This document shows positions 1-12,330 of a stretch of 64,000 nt of DNA, piece after piece. Position 1 is the first letter of the stretch. Each line of letters begins with the position of its first letter. The notes under the pieces are model-generated. The model searched no databases. It worked only from the letters and a program-made list of their open reading frames with translations, and was not told the origin of the DNA. The position numbers and the translations under genes are program-made. The DNA is from Eledone cirrhosa (lineage: Eukaryota): NCBI GenBank assembly GCA_964016885.1, contig OZ024750.1:48670001-48734000 (forward strand), read 5' to 3'.

Positions 1-396
1 GGTTACAAGTGGTTTTTATATTGTAATGCTTAAATAATGACTTTCTGTCTTCTTGGATCTCATTGTAGAAGTATATTCACCACAAGTGGCCACACATTCA
101 AGTGATCTATATATATAGAGAGAGGGAGAGCGAAAAGGTGGTGGGGCATAGGGAAGCTGCTTAGATGTATTGACAATAAGAATCAAGGAATATAGCCTAG
201 AGGAGCGATTGTTATATTATGTGCATATATAATTTAATTTTAGATATGTTATTTAAAATACATTATTTAGTTATTTAATAACGATTAACCTTACAATTAA
301 AGAAAGCAAGGAGAATACATATTAGCTAATAATTATTTCTAATTCTTGTAAAAGCCTGGGAATACAACTCACTCCACTAAGCCGCTCACCTTTATA

Positions 397-535
397 TAAT
401 TGTTTCTACTTTAGGCACAAGGCTAGCAAATACTCAGTGCATTACTGGTACTTTATTTTATCGACCCCGTAAGGATGAAAAGCAAAGTGAACCTCGGCGG
501 GTTTTGAACTCAGATCGTAAAGGGACGTAACTATG
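397..535 (-). mobile_element. tRNA-derived SINE, family A (partial)
   Basis: Reverse complement of the family at 3866-4055: B box GAGTTCAAAA, core GCTTTTCATCCTTACGGGGTCGATAAAATAAAGTACCAG, tail GCCTAAAGTAGAAACAATTA. Confidence 0.85.
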
Positions 536-731
536 ACAAATATAAATGTGTTAAAAATGAAATATATTGGTCTGAAAAGTAAAATGTTAGACACATTAAT
601 GGATATGCAAATATTGAAACTTCCGTAATTTTTGGATGCGAGGGAAGATAACAATATAAAGTATAGTTATGCATTTACATCAGTTTTGAGTTGGATTATT
701 ATAATCACCAAGCCTTATTTATATATATATG

Positions 732-800
<69 letters not shown>

Positions 801-1982
801 GAACATGATGTTTTAATGATATTCTACTGTATGGTAATTAACAATATTTATTTCTGTACATCATGATGTTTTTCTTTACACCAGGAAGTATTAAAATATG
901 CAAAATAATGTAATAAAACTGATACTTAACGACATATCTCTGTCGTCTTCTACATGAATTATCTATGCCATAGTTATCATGGTTCTGTATTGCACATTTA
1001 ATATAAGCTTTTAGTGTAAATAGAATGAAAAATCGTTTCTCTATATAATTTAACATTTTACTAAATTGTTTCGGTAACCATTATAAATGCTTTCAGTTCA
1101 CATCATTTAGGAGTGTTATTTCCTTACGGGGAAATTATAAACATTGTATACTAAGATCACTGAATATCCACCCATCAATATATATTGATGTCGGCATATT
1201 ATAGACATATGTAATATATTTATCAATAGAGTTTATATTAAGTATCGATACACATATTTGTAGTTAAAATGTATTTTATATACAAAAGAACAACGGACAT
1301 TGACTCGGAGAATTTAATCAATATATGTTTATCATATTTTTATTCATATTGACTTCGTAAGTCTGTCCAATATGCGACTTATTCAGACAATGTGAATGAG
1401 TCACATACCATACCATGTGTAACATAATGGTACTACGTCATTAAGTATTTAAATGCATTAACACCATATATATGAATTGTTTCTCATTGTGAGTGGGTGG
1501 TATATCTCGCATTTCTTCAAGTATTTCTGTGTTTTTTATTGCTTGGTTTCTTTCTAAATACTGCTGAATAAAGCAAAATCAATTGCTTATGCAATGGGGA
1601 CTCACTTTTTGATGGATGATTTTTAAACATAACATATTTTAGTGAAATATTATAGTTTTCTTGAAGTATTGTAAATAATATACAACTTTGAAAGAGATAG
1701 AAGCCTAAACAATACAAAATGGACTGTAAGATGACGTATCGAAAAGTAAAAGTTACCTGGTAATCTTTTTTTGTTGTTGTTGTTGTTCTTCTTCTTCTTT
1801 TATCATTTCAAATTGATTTCGTGAAATATTATATTGGCAATTTAGTATATTGTTCATTCACGTGGAAAGCCAAGAAACTATCGAAAAACGCTTGAAAACG
1901 ACTTACAAAAAATGTAAATCGAAATCAAAATGTTATCCCAAAGACAGGAAAGTGGAACGTTATCCACTAAAGGTTCCTTAAA

Positions 1983-2018
1983 CCCTGATGAAGGGACCTT
2001 TATGTCGCGAAATATTGG
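1983..2018 (+). ncRNA. Minimal hammerhead ribozyme-like motif (weak stems)
   Basis: CC-CTGATGA-AGGGAC CTTTAT GTCGC-GAAA-TA-TT-GG. AATATT palindrome at stem III; stem I only 2 bp. Confidence 0.5.
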
Positions 2019-2730
2019 ACAGCTAAAAGAACAACAACAAAGGTTACCAGGTGACTTTTATTTTTCGTTACCTCATCTTACAGTTTCGTTATCTCTTTTT
2101 ACAGTCCATTTTGCATTGTTTAACCTCCTACCTCTTTCAACGTTATATATCATCTTTTGAACAATGTTTATGGAATATTTCCCTAGCGTATTTATGTTTT
2201 ACTAGCAGAGGTAACCGGCGTTGTTCGGGTATTAAATAGCAGTTATGTATACCATTTATGTCAATACTTCAGTGCTGCTTCGAAAACTATACTTTTACAA
2301 AATCATCGTAGAACGAACGTAATTCTGAGAGTTCACTTTCATCTATAGAATAAACGTAGACCATGTGTCAAGTTTTATGAAAATCGGTTGCCAACTCCAA
2401 TAGTTATGATGTTGTGTTGTATTGCACTGCTGTGCTTCAGTCGACTCCAAGGAAGTGGTTAAAGGGGGTTATCTGCCGGGAGGCTCTATAATCAATATCT
2501 GGAAAAATGAAAGTTCCCATGACGATCCGCAGTACATAAGTAACCTATATCTGAAGTTTGGAGAATATACTTTAGAAACGCATAGGGTTTAAACACACAC
2601 GCTCTAGCGCGCGCGCGTGTGTGTGTGTGTGTGCGTGTGCGTGCGTGTGTATATGTATGTGTATGTCAGTCGGCGCATACATATGTACTGGACTAAATCT
2701 TCACTTTTTACTTTTACTATGTTAAGGCAA

Positions 2731-2841
2731 AGTTAAAATCCCGTCGAAGTTAACTCTGCCTTTCATCATTACGGGGTTGATAAAATGATGTACCAGTAAT
2801 ATACTGTATAATTGCTGGCCTTGTGCCAAAAGTAGAAACAA
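2731..2841 (+). mobile_element. SINE family A, 3' part
   Basis: GCCTTTCATCATTACGGGGTTGATAAAATGATGTACCAG...GCCAAAAGTAGAAACAA. Confidence 0.75.
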
Positions 2842-2931
2842 CTATTTTAATAACTTCTGCCATTTTCGTTTACAATTTTATTTACATCATTCTTAAACTC
2901 CGGGGCTGGAAATCATTCGGTTATTTTAAAT

Positions 2932-3111
2932 ATAATTGTTTCTATTTTAGGCACAAGGCCAGCAAATACCCAGTGCATTACTGGTACTTTATTTTATCGA
3001 CCACGTAAGGATGAAAGGCAAAGTCAGCCTCGGCTGGATTTGAACTCAGATCGTAAAGGGACGTAACTATGCTTGAAAGCATAGCGTCCGACCCTCTACT
3101 GATACTGCCAA
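2932..3111 (-). mobile_element. SINE family A, near full length
   Basis: Reverse complement has A-box-like TGGCAGTATCAGTAGA, B box GAGTTCAAATCC, core and tail. Confidence 0.85.
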
Positions 3112-3601
3112 TTAAATATAATATTAGTCTAACGACTCCATTTACACTATAGACTCTGTCTTGTCTTTGCATGAAGTTGTTCTTCCTCGGTCCACATAAC
3201 GACGTCTTATCCTCGTTTAATAGATTTAACTCTTAGTGGAATGCTGCACGAACACATACACGCGCACGTACACACACACGCACGCATGTTAATTAGTTAT
3301 AGCTTTTCTTCCCCTCTTACATAGCGTTTGTCGCTTTCTCTCTCTCTCTCTCACTCCCGCTATCCCCCTCTTTTAGTCTGTCTGTTTCTTTCACTCTCAC
3401 TCTTTCTTTTTTGTTTTCATATATATAGAGATTTTTTCTGTGCAAAGTCCTACCTATAGTCAGTTTTATCGATTTCTTTACCTGGTTAAAGAGGGAGTCG
3501 ATAAGACCAATGTCGTGCCGACCTGCCCGGATAAATTTGCGGTTGATTACAAAAAAAACGTTGAAAATTGGCCTTGCGGATCAAAAGTTACAGCGAAACA
3601 G

Positions 3602-3650
<49 letters not shown>

Positions 3651-3769
3651 CAGACAGACATTTTCAATTTTATAGATATAGATTTCTCACGGTGACATTG
3701 GAGAATATTAATATGTTTTGTGAGGAAATTTCAGTGGTCAAGTTTCATGATAACATTATTTATTTACTG

Positions 3770-4200
3770 TGGGATTTAAGAATCGGTAGAGAGTTGGACA
3801 CCATACTTCATGGCATTATTACGTCCCTTTACACCATACTTCATGACATTATTACGTCCCTTTAATGGCGGTGGATTGGCAGTAACGGTAGAGGGTCGGA
3901 CGCCATGCTTTCCAGCATAATTACGTCCCTTTATGATCTGAGTTCAAATCCTGCCGAGGTTAACTTTGCCTTTCATCCTTACGGGGTCGATAAAATAAAG
4001 TACCAGTAATGCACTGGGTAATTGCTGGCCTTGTGCCTAAAGTAGAAACAATTATTACGTCCCTTTACGTTCTGTGTTAGCTTTGCATTTCATCGTTAGA
4101 GGGTCGATAAATAAAGCACTTGTAATGCGATGGAGTCGATTCAATCGACTTTCCCTATACCCTAAAGCTGATGGCCTTGAACCTAAAGTAGAAACAATTA
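3770..4200 (+). mobile_element. Cluster of SINE family A copies (full copy about 3866-4055)
   Basis: GGCGGTGGATTGGCAGTAACGGTAGAG (A box), GAGTTCAAATCC (B box), core CCTTTCATCCTTACGGGGTCGATAAAATAAAGTACCAG; partial duplicates on both sides. Confidence 0.85.
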
Positions 4201-4233
4201 TTTATTTACTTATATTTTTCAGTTATATTTCAG

Positions 4234-4434
4234 CTCTGGGGTACTGCAATTAGTATGACAATTTGTGCGGTGTTGGGAGAACACAGCTTTGGACGGTTTA
4301 CAAAGCGAGTCTTTACAAAGTTAGAGAATAATAGGCTGATCAACCCTGTTTATTTACATGTAACACCTGCAGTCCATGCTGATGTGATTGATTCCGTTCA
4401 GTTTGTTATCAAGAATGTCTTATGGAAAGAGTAG
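4234..4434 (+). CDS. Candidate terminal coding exon, tetraspanin TM4-like start (LWGTAISMTICAVLGE...VLWKE*)
   Basis: Pyrimidine-rich acceptor tttttcagttatatttcag|, then 66 non-repetitive sense codons and TAG; AATAAA at about 5112. The start resembles the tetraspanin last-exon motif (e.g. CD9 IFGMIFSMILC). No upstream exons identified. Confidence 0.35.
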   Translation, partial: LWGTAISMTICAVLGEHSFGRFTKRVFTKLENNRLINPVYLHVTPAVHADVIDSVQFVIKNVLWKE

Positions 4435-4495
4435 ATGATGGGTTCGAAATAATACTGCTATCGAATCTGTCAGAAAATTCCCTAAAATATTTGGA

Positions 4496-4553
<58 letters not shown>

Positions 4554-5509
4554 TCTCTTAAATATTCGCAATAATATTAACTAACAAACGGAACAGGAGT
4601 GACCACACTTATTAATTTACTTTTTACGCAGATTTGTAACTATAATATTCTTAGACCGGAATATACCCTCACCGATATTCCAAACGCTGTGGTTTTATTG
4701 TTCATGTTTGCAATTTTTAAATGGACAGCAATTATCATGGCAATTATTTTGTTAATATTGAGCTAGCCTCAAACCTTTTCTTCTTGGAATGTTTGGGGAT
4801 GGAAAGTATTTGAACATCTGACCGATGATTGAAGTTTATCTGCCCATAATTGTAGAGAAAACAATAGAAGCTGCAACACCAAATGATAAATATAATCATC
4901 ATGAATTAAAGAATTTGTACTATTGAGAAACATGTTTTGTTTTGTACTTAGACCTCAGCAGTTATATGTTATTTGTCCCCTTCAATAATTCGAGGTCGTT
5001 GCACTTTACAACTTCCGGTGAAAAAAACCCCTCAACTAAATCAGATCAGAAAATCTAATATTTAAATTGAAACAACAATTCCAATTTGCCTCAAGACCAT
5101 CTTATATCTAGAATAAAATAAAATATAAAAAGCCACTTTGAAGGGATATGTTACCTCTGGAACGAAGATACCAAATTTGTAGATTTTGTAAAAAGATAAA
5201 ATCAATAGAATTCTATAACCATATTTGGCCTTTTAATCTCATGTCTGCTCCTACCAAATACTGTTTGTTTATCCTTCTTTCAGTCAACATCGTTTCTCCA
5301 GAGTAAATAAAATATTTTGAAATCAATAAAGTTTTACCAACATATAAAGTAAATACACTGTTTTGCTTGTTTTCAGTTGATTCAGAACATCCGCTTTGTA
5401 TTATGTTCCTTAAACTATTTAGAATAATGTTAAAGATATCACAACTTCAATTCAGTTAAACCTATAGATACTACATTTTTCTGAACAACAATTTCATTTT
5501 TTCTTTACT

Positions 5510-5620
5510 TTTGTTACTGGTTTCAGTTATTAGATTGAGGGCTAGCTAATGCACTGCGTTAAAGTAAATCATATAGACACAGGAACTTAATTGTATGAGT
5601 CTGGTACTTATTTTATTGGT
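5510..5620. mobile_element. Decayed SINE fragment (second family)
   Basis: TTTCAGTTATTAGATTGAGGGC...CTGGTACTTATTTTATTG resembles a cephalopod SINE body (from recall); heavily diverged. Confidence 0.35.
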
Positions 5621-6140
5621 GTATTTGGGGGAATATGGAGGGGGAGTGAGAGAAGGAGGACGGAGAGATAGGGAGAAAGAGAAGGGAGCAAGTTTCTGCC
5701 GATCAAAGTTCCCTAACAAGGTATTAAATAATACTGTGTATATTTTTCAAACCATTTTGAAGAATAAAGAATTCGGTGGGATTTGATAATACAAAGAAAG
5801 CTTTCATTTGGATGTCAAACATCATTTAACAAAGTATCTTATATAATATTATAATGGAATATATTTTTGATGAATATATAAATTTAAATCAAATGGTTTT
5901 GTATTGTAGACTGAAGAGCCGTTTGATTTCAAAAGGAGTCAACTCAATGAACATTTTTGTTTTGTGCAAAACTATAAAACAATAATTAATTTAGTATGAA
6001 GCCTAATCACATTCCACGCTGGGCACTTCATTGCTATTGTCTCTGTATATTAAACCACTATATGCAAACACACACACATACACGCGCGCGCACACACGCA
6101 CGCGCACACACTCACATGCACATATATATATATATATATA

Positions 6141-6190
<50 letters not shown>

Positions 6191-6334
6191 TATAATATAT
6201 ATATATATGAATATAGACATAGAATATTCGAAAATATTCTGTATGTTTATAATAAACATTTTGAAGACCTAATCGCTATAGAATAGAATACGTCACGTAT
6301 TACAATTAGATTCTCGATAAAAGCAAGGGAAGTA

Positions 6335-6373
6335 AGTCTACGCGTTTCATTCTTGTTAGAATTCATCAGGACT
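6335..6373 (-). ncRNA. Minimal type I hammerhead ribozyme
   Basis: Minus strand: AGTC-CTGATGA-ATTC TAACAA GAAT-GAAA-CGCG-TA|GACT. Confidence 0.9.
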
Positions 6374-6645
6374 ACATATCCAGTGCTTTTATCGAGAATG
6401 ACACAGCTAGAGACTTATAGAATACTTAGCTGTGTACAGGAACTGGTTTGAAAGAGCGGTTGCCGGTCCGGCAGAAATTAGAAATTGGAATAAATGCTCT
6501 GAAATAGCGATATATATGTGAATATAGACATAGAATATTCGAAAATATTCTGTATGTTTATAATAAACATTTTGAAGACCTAATCGCTATAGAATAGAAT
6601 ACGTCACGTATTACAATTAGATTCTCGATAAAAGCAAGGGAAGTA

Positions 6646-6684
6646 AGTCTACGCGTTTCATTCTTGTTAGAATTCATCAGGACT
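6646..6684 (-). ncRNA. Minimal type I hammerhead ribozyme
   Basis: Identical to 6335-6373, one 311-bp period away. Confidence 0.9.
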
Positions 6685-7135
6685 ACATATCCAGTGCTTT
6701 TATCGAGAATGACACAGCTAGAGACTTATAGAATACTTAGCTGTGTACAGGAACTGGTTTGAAAGAGCGGTTGCCGGTCCGGCAGAAATTAGAAATTGGA
6801 ATAAATGCTCTGAAATAGCGATATATATGTGAATATAGACATAGAATATTCGAAAATATTCTGTATGTTTATAATAAACATTTTGAAGACCTAATCGCTA
6901 TAGAATAGAATACGTCACGTATTACAATTAGATTCTCGATGTTTATTATAAACATACAGAATATTTTCGAATATTCTATGTCTATATTCACATATATATC
7001 GCTATTTCAGAGCATTTATTCCAATTTCTAATTTCTGCCGGACCGGCAACCGCTCTTTCAAACCAGTTCCTGTACACAGCTAAGTATTCTATAAGTCTCT
7101 AGCTGTGTCATTCTCGATAAAAGCACTGGATATGT

Positions 7136-7174
7136 AGTCCTGATGAATTCTAACAAGAATGAAACGCGTAGACT
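7136..7174 (+). ncRNA. Minimal type I hammerhead ribozyme
   Basis: AGTC-CTGATGA-ATTC TAACAA GAAT-GAAA-CGCG-TA|GACT, enclosed by the perfect helix ATTCTCGATAAAAGCA/TGCTTTTATCGAGAAT. Confidence 0.92.
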
Positions 7175-7339
7175 TACTTCCCTTGCTTTTATCGAGAATC
7201 TAATTGTAATACGTGACGTATTCTATTCTATAGCGATTAGGTCTTCAAAATGTTTATTATAAACATACAGAATATTTTCGAATATTCTATGTCTATATTC
7301 ACATATATATCGCTATTTCAGAGCATTTATTCCAATTTC

Positions 7340-7387
<48 letters not shown>

Positions 7388-7575
7388 GTATATATATATA
7401 TATGTATGTTTATAAATGTATTATAATAAATTGAAGTGAAGCATCGGGTGCGTGTGTTTCTTATTGGCAACATGACCCTCCCAAAATATAACAATATCGG
7501 TTTCAACACACGTTTTCAGATAAAGATCTTGCTAAACAAATTCAGAAACGAAAGATATATTTATATATATATATC

Positions 7576-7794
<219 letters not shown>

Positions 7795-7795
7795 T

Positions 7796-7845
<50 letters not shown>

Positions 7846-8501
7846 TGTGTGCGTGTGTATGAAGTAGGGCACATACAGATTTTATTATAACATTATAATA
7901 TCAGCCAACTAATTCAGATTAATTTTGGGTTTCAATAAAATGTGTCGGCATTTTATATAATTACCAGAATATCCGTAGATGGAGATTGGTTCGGGTGGAG
8001 GTGAATATATTGCTGGAAATGTATTAGATTTGGGAATGGTAACACAGTTATATATTTCTACATTAGGTTAACATTACGTAGAGCTAATTCTGTGTAAGAG
8101 AGCTTAGGGAGAAAAAGGGGTGAAAAGAGCATGAAATGAAATTACATATTTGGCATAGTATATAATATAGAGCTTGACATTCAGAAGTTATTATCCCTAT
8201 CTCCCTTTCCATATCCCTTTTATATCTATCTCCCCCTCTCTCTACGTATCTCTCTATTACTATTTCGATGTAGTTACCTCTGACTATCCCTCTATACCTT
8301 TGATATGTTTCACCTTCTATATCCCATTCTTTCTTAATATCTTTCTGGGATGGTTCTGGCTTTTTCCCTCTCTCTCACTTTCTCTTTCTTTCTCTCCCTC
8401 TCCACCTCTCTACCCCCCTCTCTCTCTCTATTTCTTTATCTCTCTCTCTCACTCTCTTTATTTCGAAGAATGTTCTATCAGGCTACTCTCTCTCTCTCTC
8501 T

Positions 8502-8586
<85 letters not shown>

Positions 8587-8685
8587 TATATATATATGTA
8601 ACAGTTCTATTTAAATTGTTGGGATACAACAAGCAAATATTTCTATAACTGATATAAAGCACTCAATAAATATTTGGAGTAAAAA

Positions 8686-10202
8686 TACGATATTAACAAA
8701 TGGAAACTATATTTATAAAACCATATTTATTTCATTATACATATTTCAAGGACACCAAGTTAAAATATGGTGTGCTTTCATCAGATAAAATATAATATAG
8801 ATCAGTTTTATAAATAAATATTGTCATACCCTTAAAGAATGCAACCATTACTGTTGGAAGCTCCCGGATAGTGGAGTTGTAGCTTAATTATATTATTAGT
8901 ATTGGATATTTTTAAAATAAGCCGTTGGGTTACGGAGAAAGAGAAAGATAGAAAAGGAAAGAGAGAGCAAAGAACAGAACAACAGAGAGAGGAATATATA
9001 GAGAGAGAGGAGACACAGAAAGAGAGAGAGAACGAAAAACTCTAAGTCATATCTTGTTGAGTTAACTTAACAATGGAGATGAAATGAATAAATAAATAAA
9101 TAAATAAAATGAATAAATAAAATTATAATTAGAAATGTTAATAATCAATTATGGAATATACATATATAATATGAGAAATTTAACCATTGTTTAAATATGA
9201 TTAGATGTGTAATTAATCAGTTAAATATTCAGATCAATATATTAAAAAATTGGGATCTATATATTAAGAAATCCATATATTATTAAAGATCTAAATATTA
9301 TATAACACGTATACACACGCAAAAATACATACATATAAATATATATACCCACTTATAAAATATATATATCTAACTATGTATATAATATATACATACAAAC
9401 CATAAAGGATTTTTTAATTTAATTTAAGATATAGAGTAACTGATTTACCAGTCAGATTAATTGCACCATCTAAATCGGACCTTGGCATACGTAGCAAAAA
9501 TACTCTATACAGAATAATAAAACAAATTAAGAATTTATCTTATTTAAAATTATGGAAAGGAACTAGTGAAATTATCGAATAGTTTATATAATATTTAGAT
9601 CTTTAATAATATGGATTTCTTAATATATGGATCCCAATTTTTTTATATATTGATCTCAATATTTAACTGATTAACTAAATATCTAATCATATTTAAACAA
9701 TGGTTAAATTTCTCATATTATATATGTATATTCCATTCATGATTATTAACATTTCTAATTTTAATATTATTTATTCATTTTGTTTATATTTATTTATTTA
9801 TTCATTTCATCTCCATTGTTAAGTTAACTCAACAAGATATGACTTATAGAGTTTTTCGTTCTCTCTCTTTTTCTCTGTCTCCTCTCTCTATATATATTTC
9901 TCTCTCTGTTGTTCTGTTCTTTTCTCTCTCTTTCCTTCTCTAACTTTCTCTTTCTCCGTAAACCAACAGCTTATTTTAAAAATATCCAATACTAATAATA
10001 TAATTAAAGCTACAGCTCCACTATCCGGGAGCTTCCAACAGTAATGATTGCATTCTTTAAGGGTATGTCAATATTTATTTATAAAACTGATCTATATTAT
10101 ATTTTATCTCATGAAAGCACATCATATTTTAACATGGTGTCCTTGAAATATGTATAATGAAATAAATATGGTATTATAAATATAGCTTCATTTGTTAATA
10201 TC

Positions 10203-10206
<4 letters not shown>
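8686..10206. mobile_element. Large inverted repeat of a PLE pLTR-like element (arms about 8686-9305 and 9584-10206)
   Basis: Arms of about 620 bp are reverse complements with scattered mismatches; spacer about 280 bp; (TA)n outside both ends; an HHR motif in each arm. Confidence 0.85.
8729..8791 (-). ncRNA. Hammerhead ribozyme (UAURUA-loop family)
   Basis: Minus strand: ATTTTAT-CTGATGA-AAGCACACCA TATTTTAACT TGGTGTCCTT-GAAA-TATGTA-TA|ATGAAAT. The mirror copy at 10101-10163 (+) has a mutated core CTCATGA. Confidence 0.85.
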
Positions 10207-10243
<37 letters not shown>

Positions 10244-10259
10244 GCTCCCTCCCCCTCTT

Positions 10260-10326
<67 letters not shown>

Positions 10327-10521
10327 CCCTCTCCCCCTGCCTCTCTCCACCTCTCTCTCTCCCTCCCTCTCTCCCTCCATCTCTCTCCCTCCCTCTCTCA
10401 CCCATATATGTCATTCAAGCGACATGTCAGCTGTTCTTCAAAGGTTAGCATCGTTTCTGCTAGCAACTCCGTCTAGAGGAATTCAAGACAAAACACAGCC
10501 GCCGCTCCTCTGCTTATGTGG

Positions 10522-10650
10522 TGATGATAATGTTGGTAACTATGGTAATGTCGGTAACAGTCAAAATGATGGTAACTATGGTAATGACAGTAACAGTGAT
10601 GATGTTGTTAAGTATGGTAATGTCTGTAACAGTGATAATGTTGGTAACTG
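10522..10650 (+). repeat. 36-bp minisatellite (about 3.5 units)
   Basis: Units resemble GATAATGTTGGTAACTATGGTAATGTCGGTAACAGT, with 9/18-bp substructure. Confidence 0.75.
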
Positions 10651-10761
10651 TCGTAAATATTTTTTGAATATACATGTGCGTGTGTGCGCGTATGCGCATC
10701 TGTGTCTGTGTTTACCTCTGTATATACACACGTACATATGCACACATACACACACACACAT

Positions 10762-10839
<78 letters not shown>

Positions 10840-11224
10840 GTTTACATATATATATATATACGTATATATATATATGTGTGTATGTGTATATGTATGTATA
10901 TATATGTGTATATATGTGTGTATATGCGTATGTAACTGTATGCATATATATATAACGCCCTAACCTTACCTTTTGCATTAGTGTGTATATGTTTCCCGTT
11001 ATTTTATTTTATATATTTTTCATCTTTATTTTATTTTATTTCAGCTCCGCTTTCAATTTTAATAACCATCGTTTATAATTACATATCTTTCATCCATATT
11101 ACATGTTCATTCTGTTGAATGATTTACGACGTATCTCCTATGCTCGCCTGTCTTCATGAAACCTTGGGTAATTGGAATAATTATTTTGTTCTGTTTATTA
11201 CCTATTTATATATATATATATATA

Positions 11225-11260
<36 letters not shown>

Positions 11261-11404
11261 TATAGGCGTGAGTATACATAGATACAAACATAGGCACATT
11301 TCGCGTTATTGACGTATATCCATCTGACCAGACGACCGGAAAATATAAATAATAAGGTAAAGAATTATATAAAAATATAAGCACAAGCACGTTAGGTAAC
11401 TAAT

Positions 11405-12330
11405 ACTAACTTCCTCGTTATCAATTTTCATCTACTTATTCCTTCTTTCAAACCTCCCATAAACCTAACGATAATGTAACATTCATACAGAAAGATGCTG
11501 GCCATCCTCATATATTATTTAAAAAACCTTATTCCCAATATTAGTCGTAGGATATGTACCTTATCTTGTTTTGTAGAAATGTTTAATAAAGCAGCTTCTT
11601 ATTATAATAAGGCCTTTAAACATAGCGGTTTCAACGAACACATCGAATATATACCTTCTCCTCCTACTAGCACTAAAGACAATAATAGGAAAAGAAAAAA
11701 TATATGGTTTACACCACCCTTCCCTTTAACAGTTAAAACTAATGTAGGCAGAACATTCCGTTAACTTTCAGCCAAATATTTTCCGCCAAAACATGGATAT
11801 AATAAGATATTTAATAGACATGTTGTGAATATTATCTAGTCTTGCTGACCCTCCATGAAATCTAAGATTAGCAACACGAATATCAATAAAGGAAGTCGAG
11901 GAGGCAGAAAAGCTCAAGAATGTCCTTTACAGGACAAATGTATATACGAAATCGATTGTATACGCGACTAAAGTAACACTTATTAACAATAACAAATCAG
12001 CCATGAGTGAAGGATATGTGTGTATGACGCAAGATAGTTTCAAACTCAGATACTACGCACATATCACTTCCTTCATAAAGGAATGCTACGGCGCTGGCAA
12101 ATAAAGTGTGGGAGTTAAAACAACACAACAATCCATAGGTGATTGATTGATCTATTTTAGACAACTCAAAAGAATATCAGAAAGGCACAGGAAAATTTAT
12201 TCTTGTATAACCGAAAAATACAGAATCCTTAACAATTTGATATCATCTAATACTTACCTAAATTCTAAAACTAAGATCTTCAGAAGTTGTCCACACATTA
12301 AATCACATATTCTTTCAAGCTGGTATAATA
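11405..12330 (+). mobile_element. Penelope-like retroelement (Neptune-type), RT C-terminus plus GIY-YIG, disrupted
   Basis: Translations across stops and frameshifts: KPNDNV..HP, NISRRICTLSC..FNKAASYY..A..SGF, RKRKNIWFTPPF..VKTNVGRTF, YFPPKH.Y.KIFNR, CPLQDKC, FKLRY..H.TSF, LANKVWELK, LNSKTKIFRSCPH. Confidence 0.9.

Larger units (their letters stand above)
2202..3682 (-). mobile_element. Non-autonomous Helitron-like element ends (interrupted by SINEs, or two separate elements)
   Basis: On the minus strand it begins A|TCTATATCTATAAAA with (TGTC)n/(TG)n microsatellite and ends CCCGAACAACGCCGGT..CTAG|T. This fits 5'-TC, a subterminal GC-rich hairpin-like tract, 3'-CTAG and an AT target. Confidence 0.45.
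6209..7339. repeat. 311-bp tandem HHR-containing repeat with fold-back inversion (retrozyme/PLE pLTR-like)
   Basis: Units start at 6209, 6520 and 6831 (period 311). Orientation flips at about 6940, and inverted units start at 6939 and 7250. Flanked by (TA)n on both sides. Confidence 0.95.

Noticed and set aside
3866-3960. tRNA gene (A/B boxes here and at 56763-56812)
   Set aside because: The boxes belong to dispersed SINE heads; I could not see a cloverleaf or anticodon arm.
6209-7339. CRISPR-like or tRNA-array interpretation of the periodic repeats
   Set aside because: The units are full-length identical with no unique spacers, there are no cas genes, and the context is eukaryotic.
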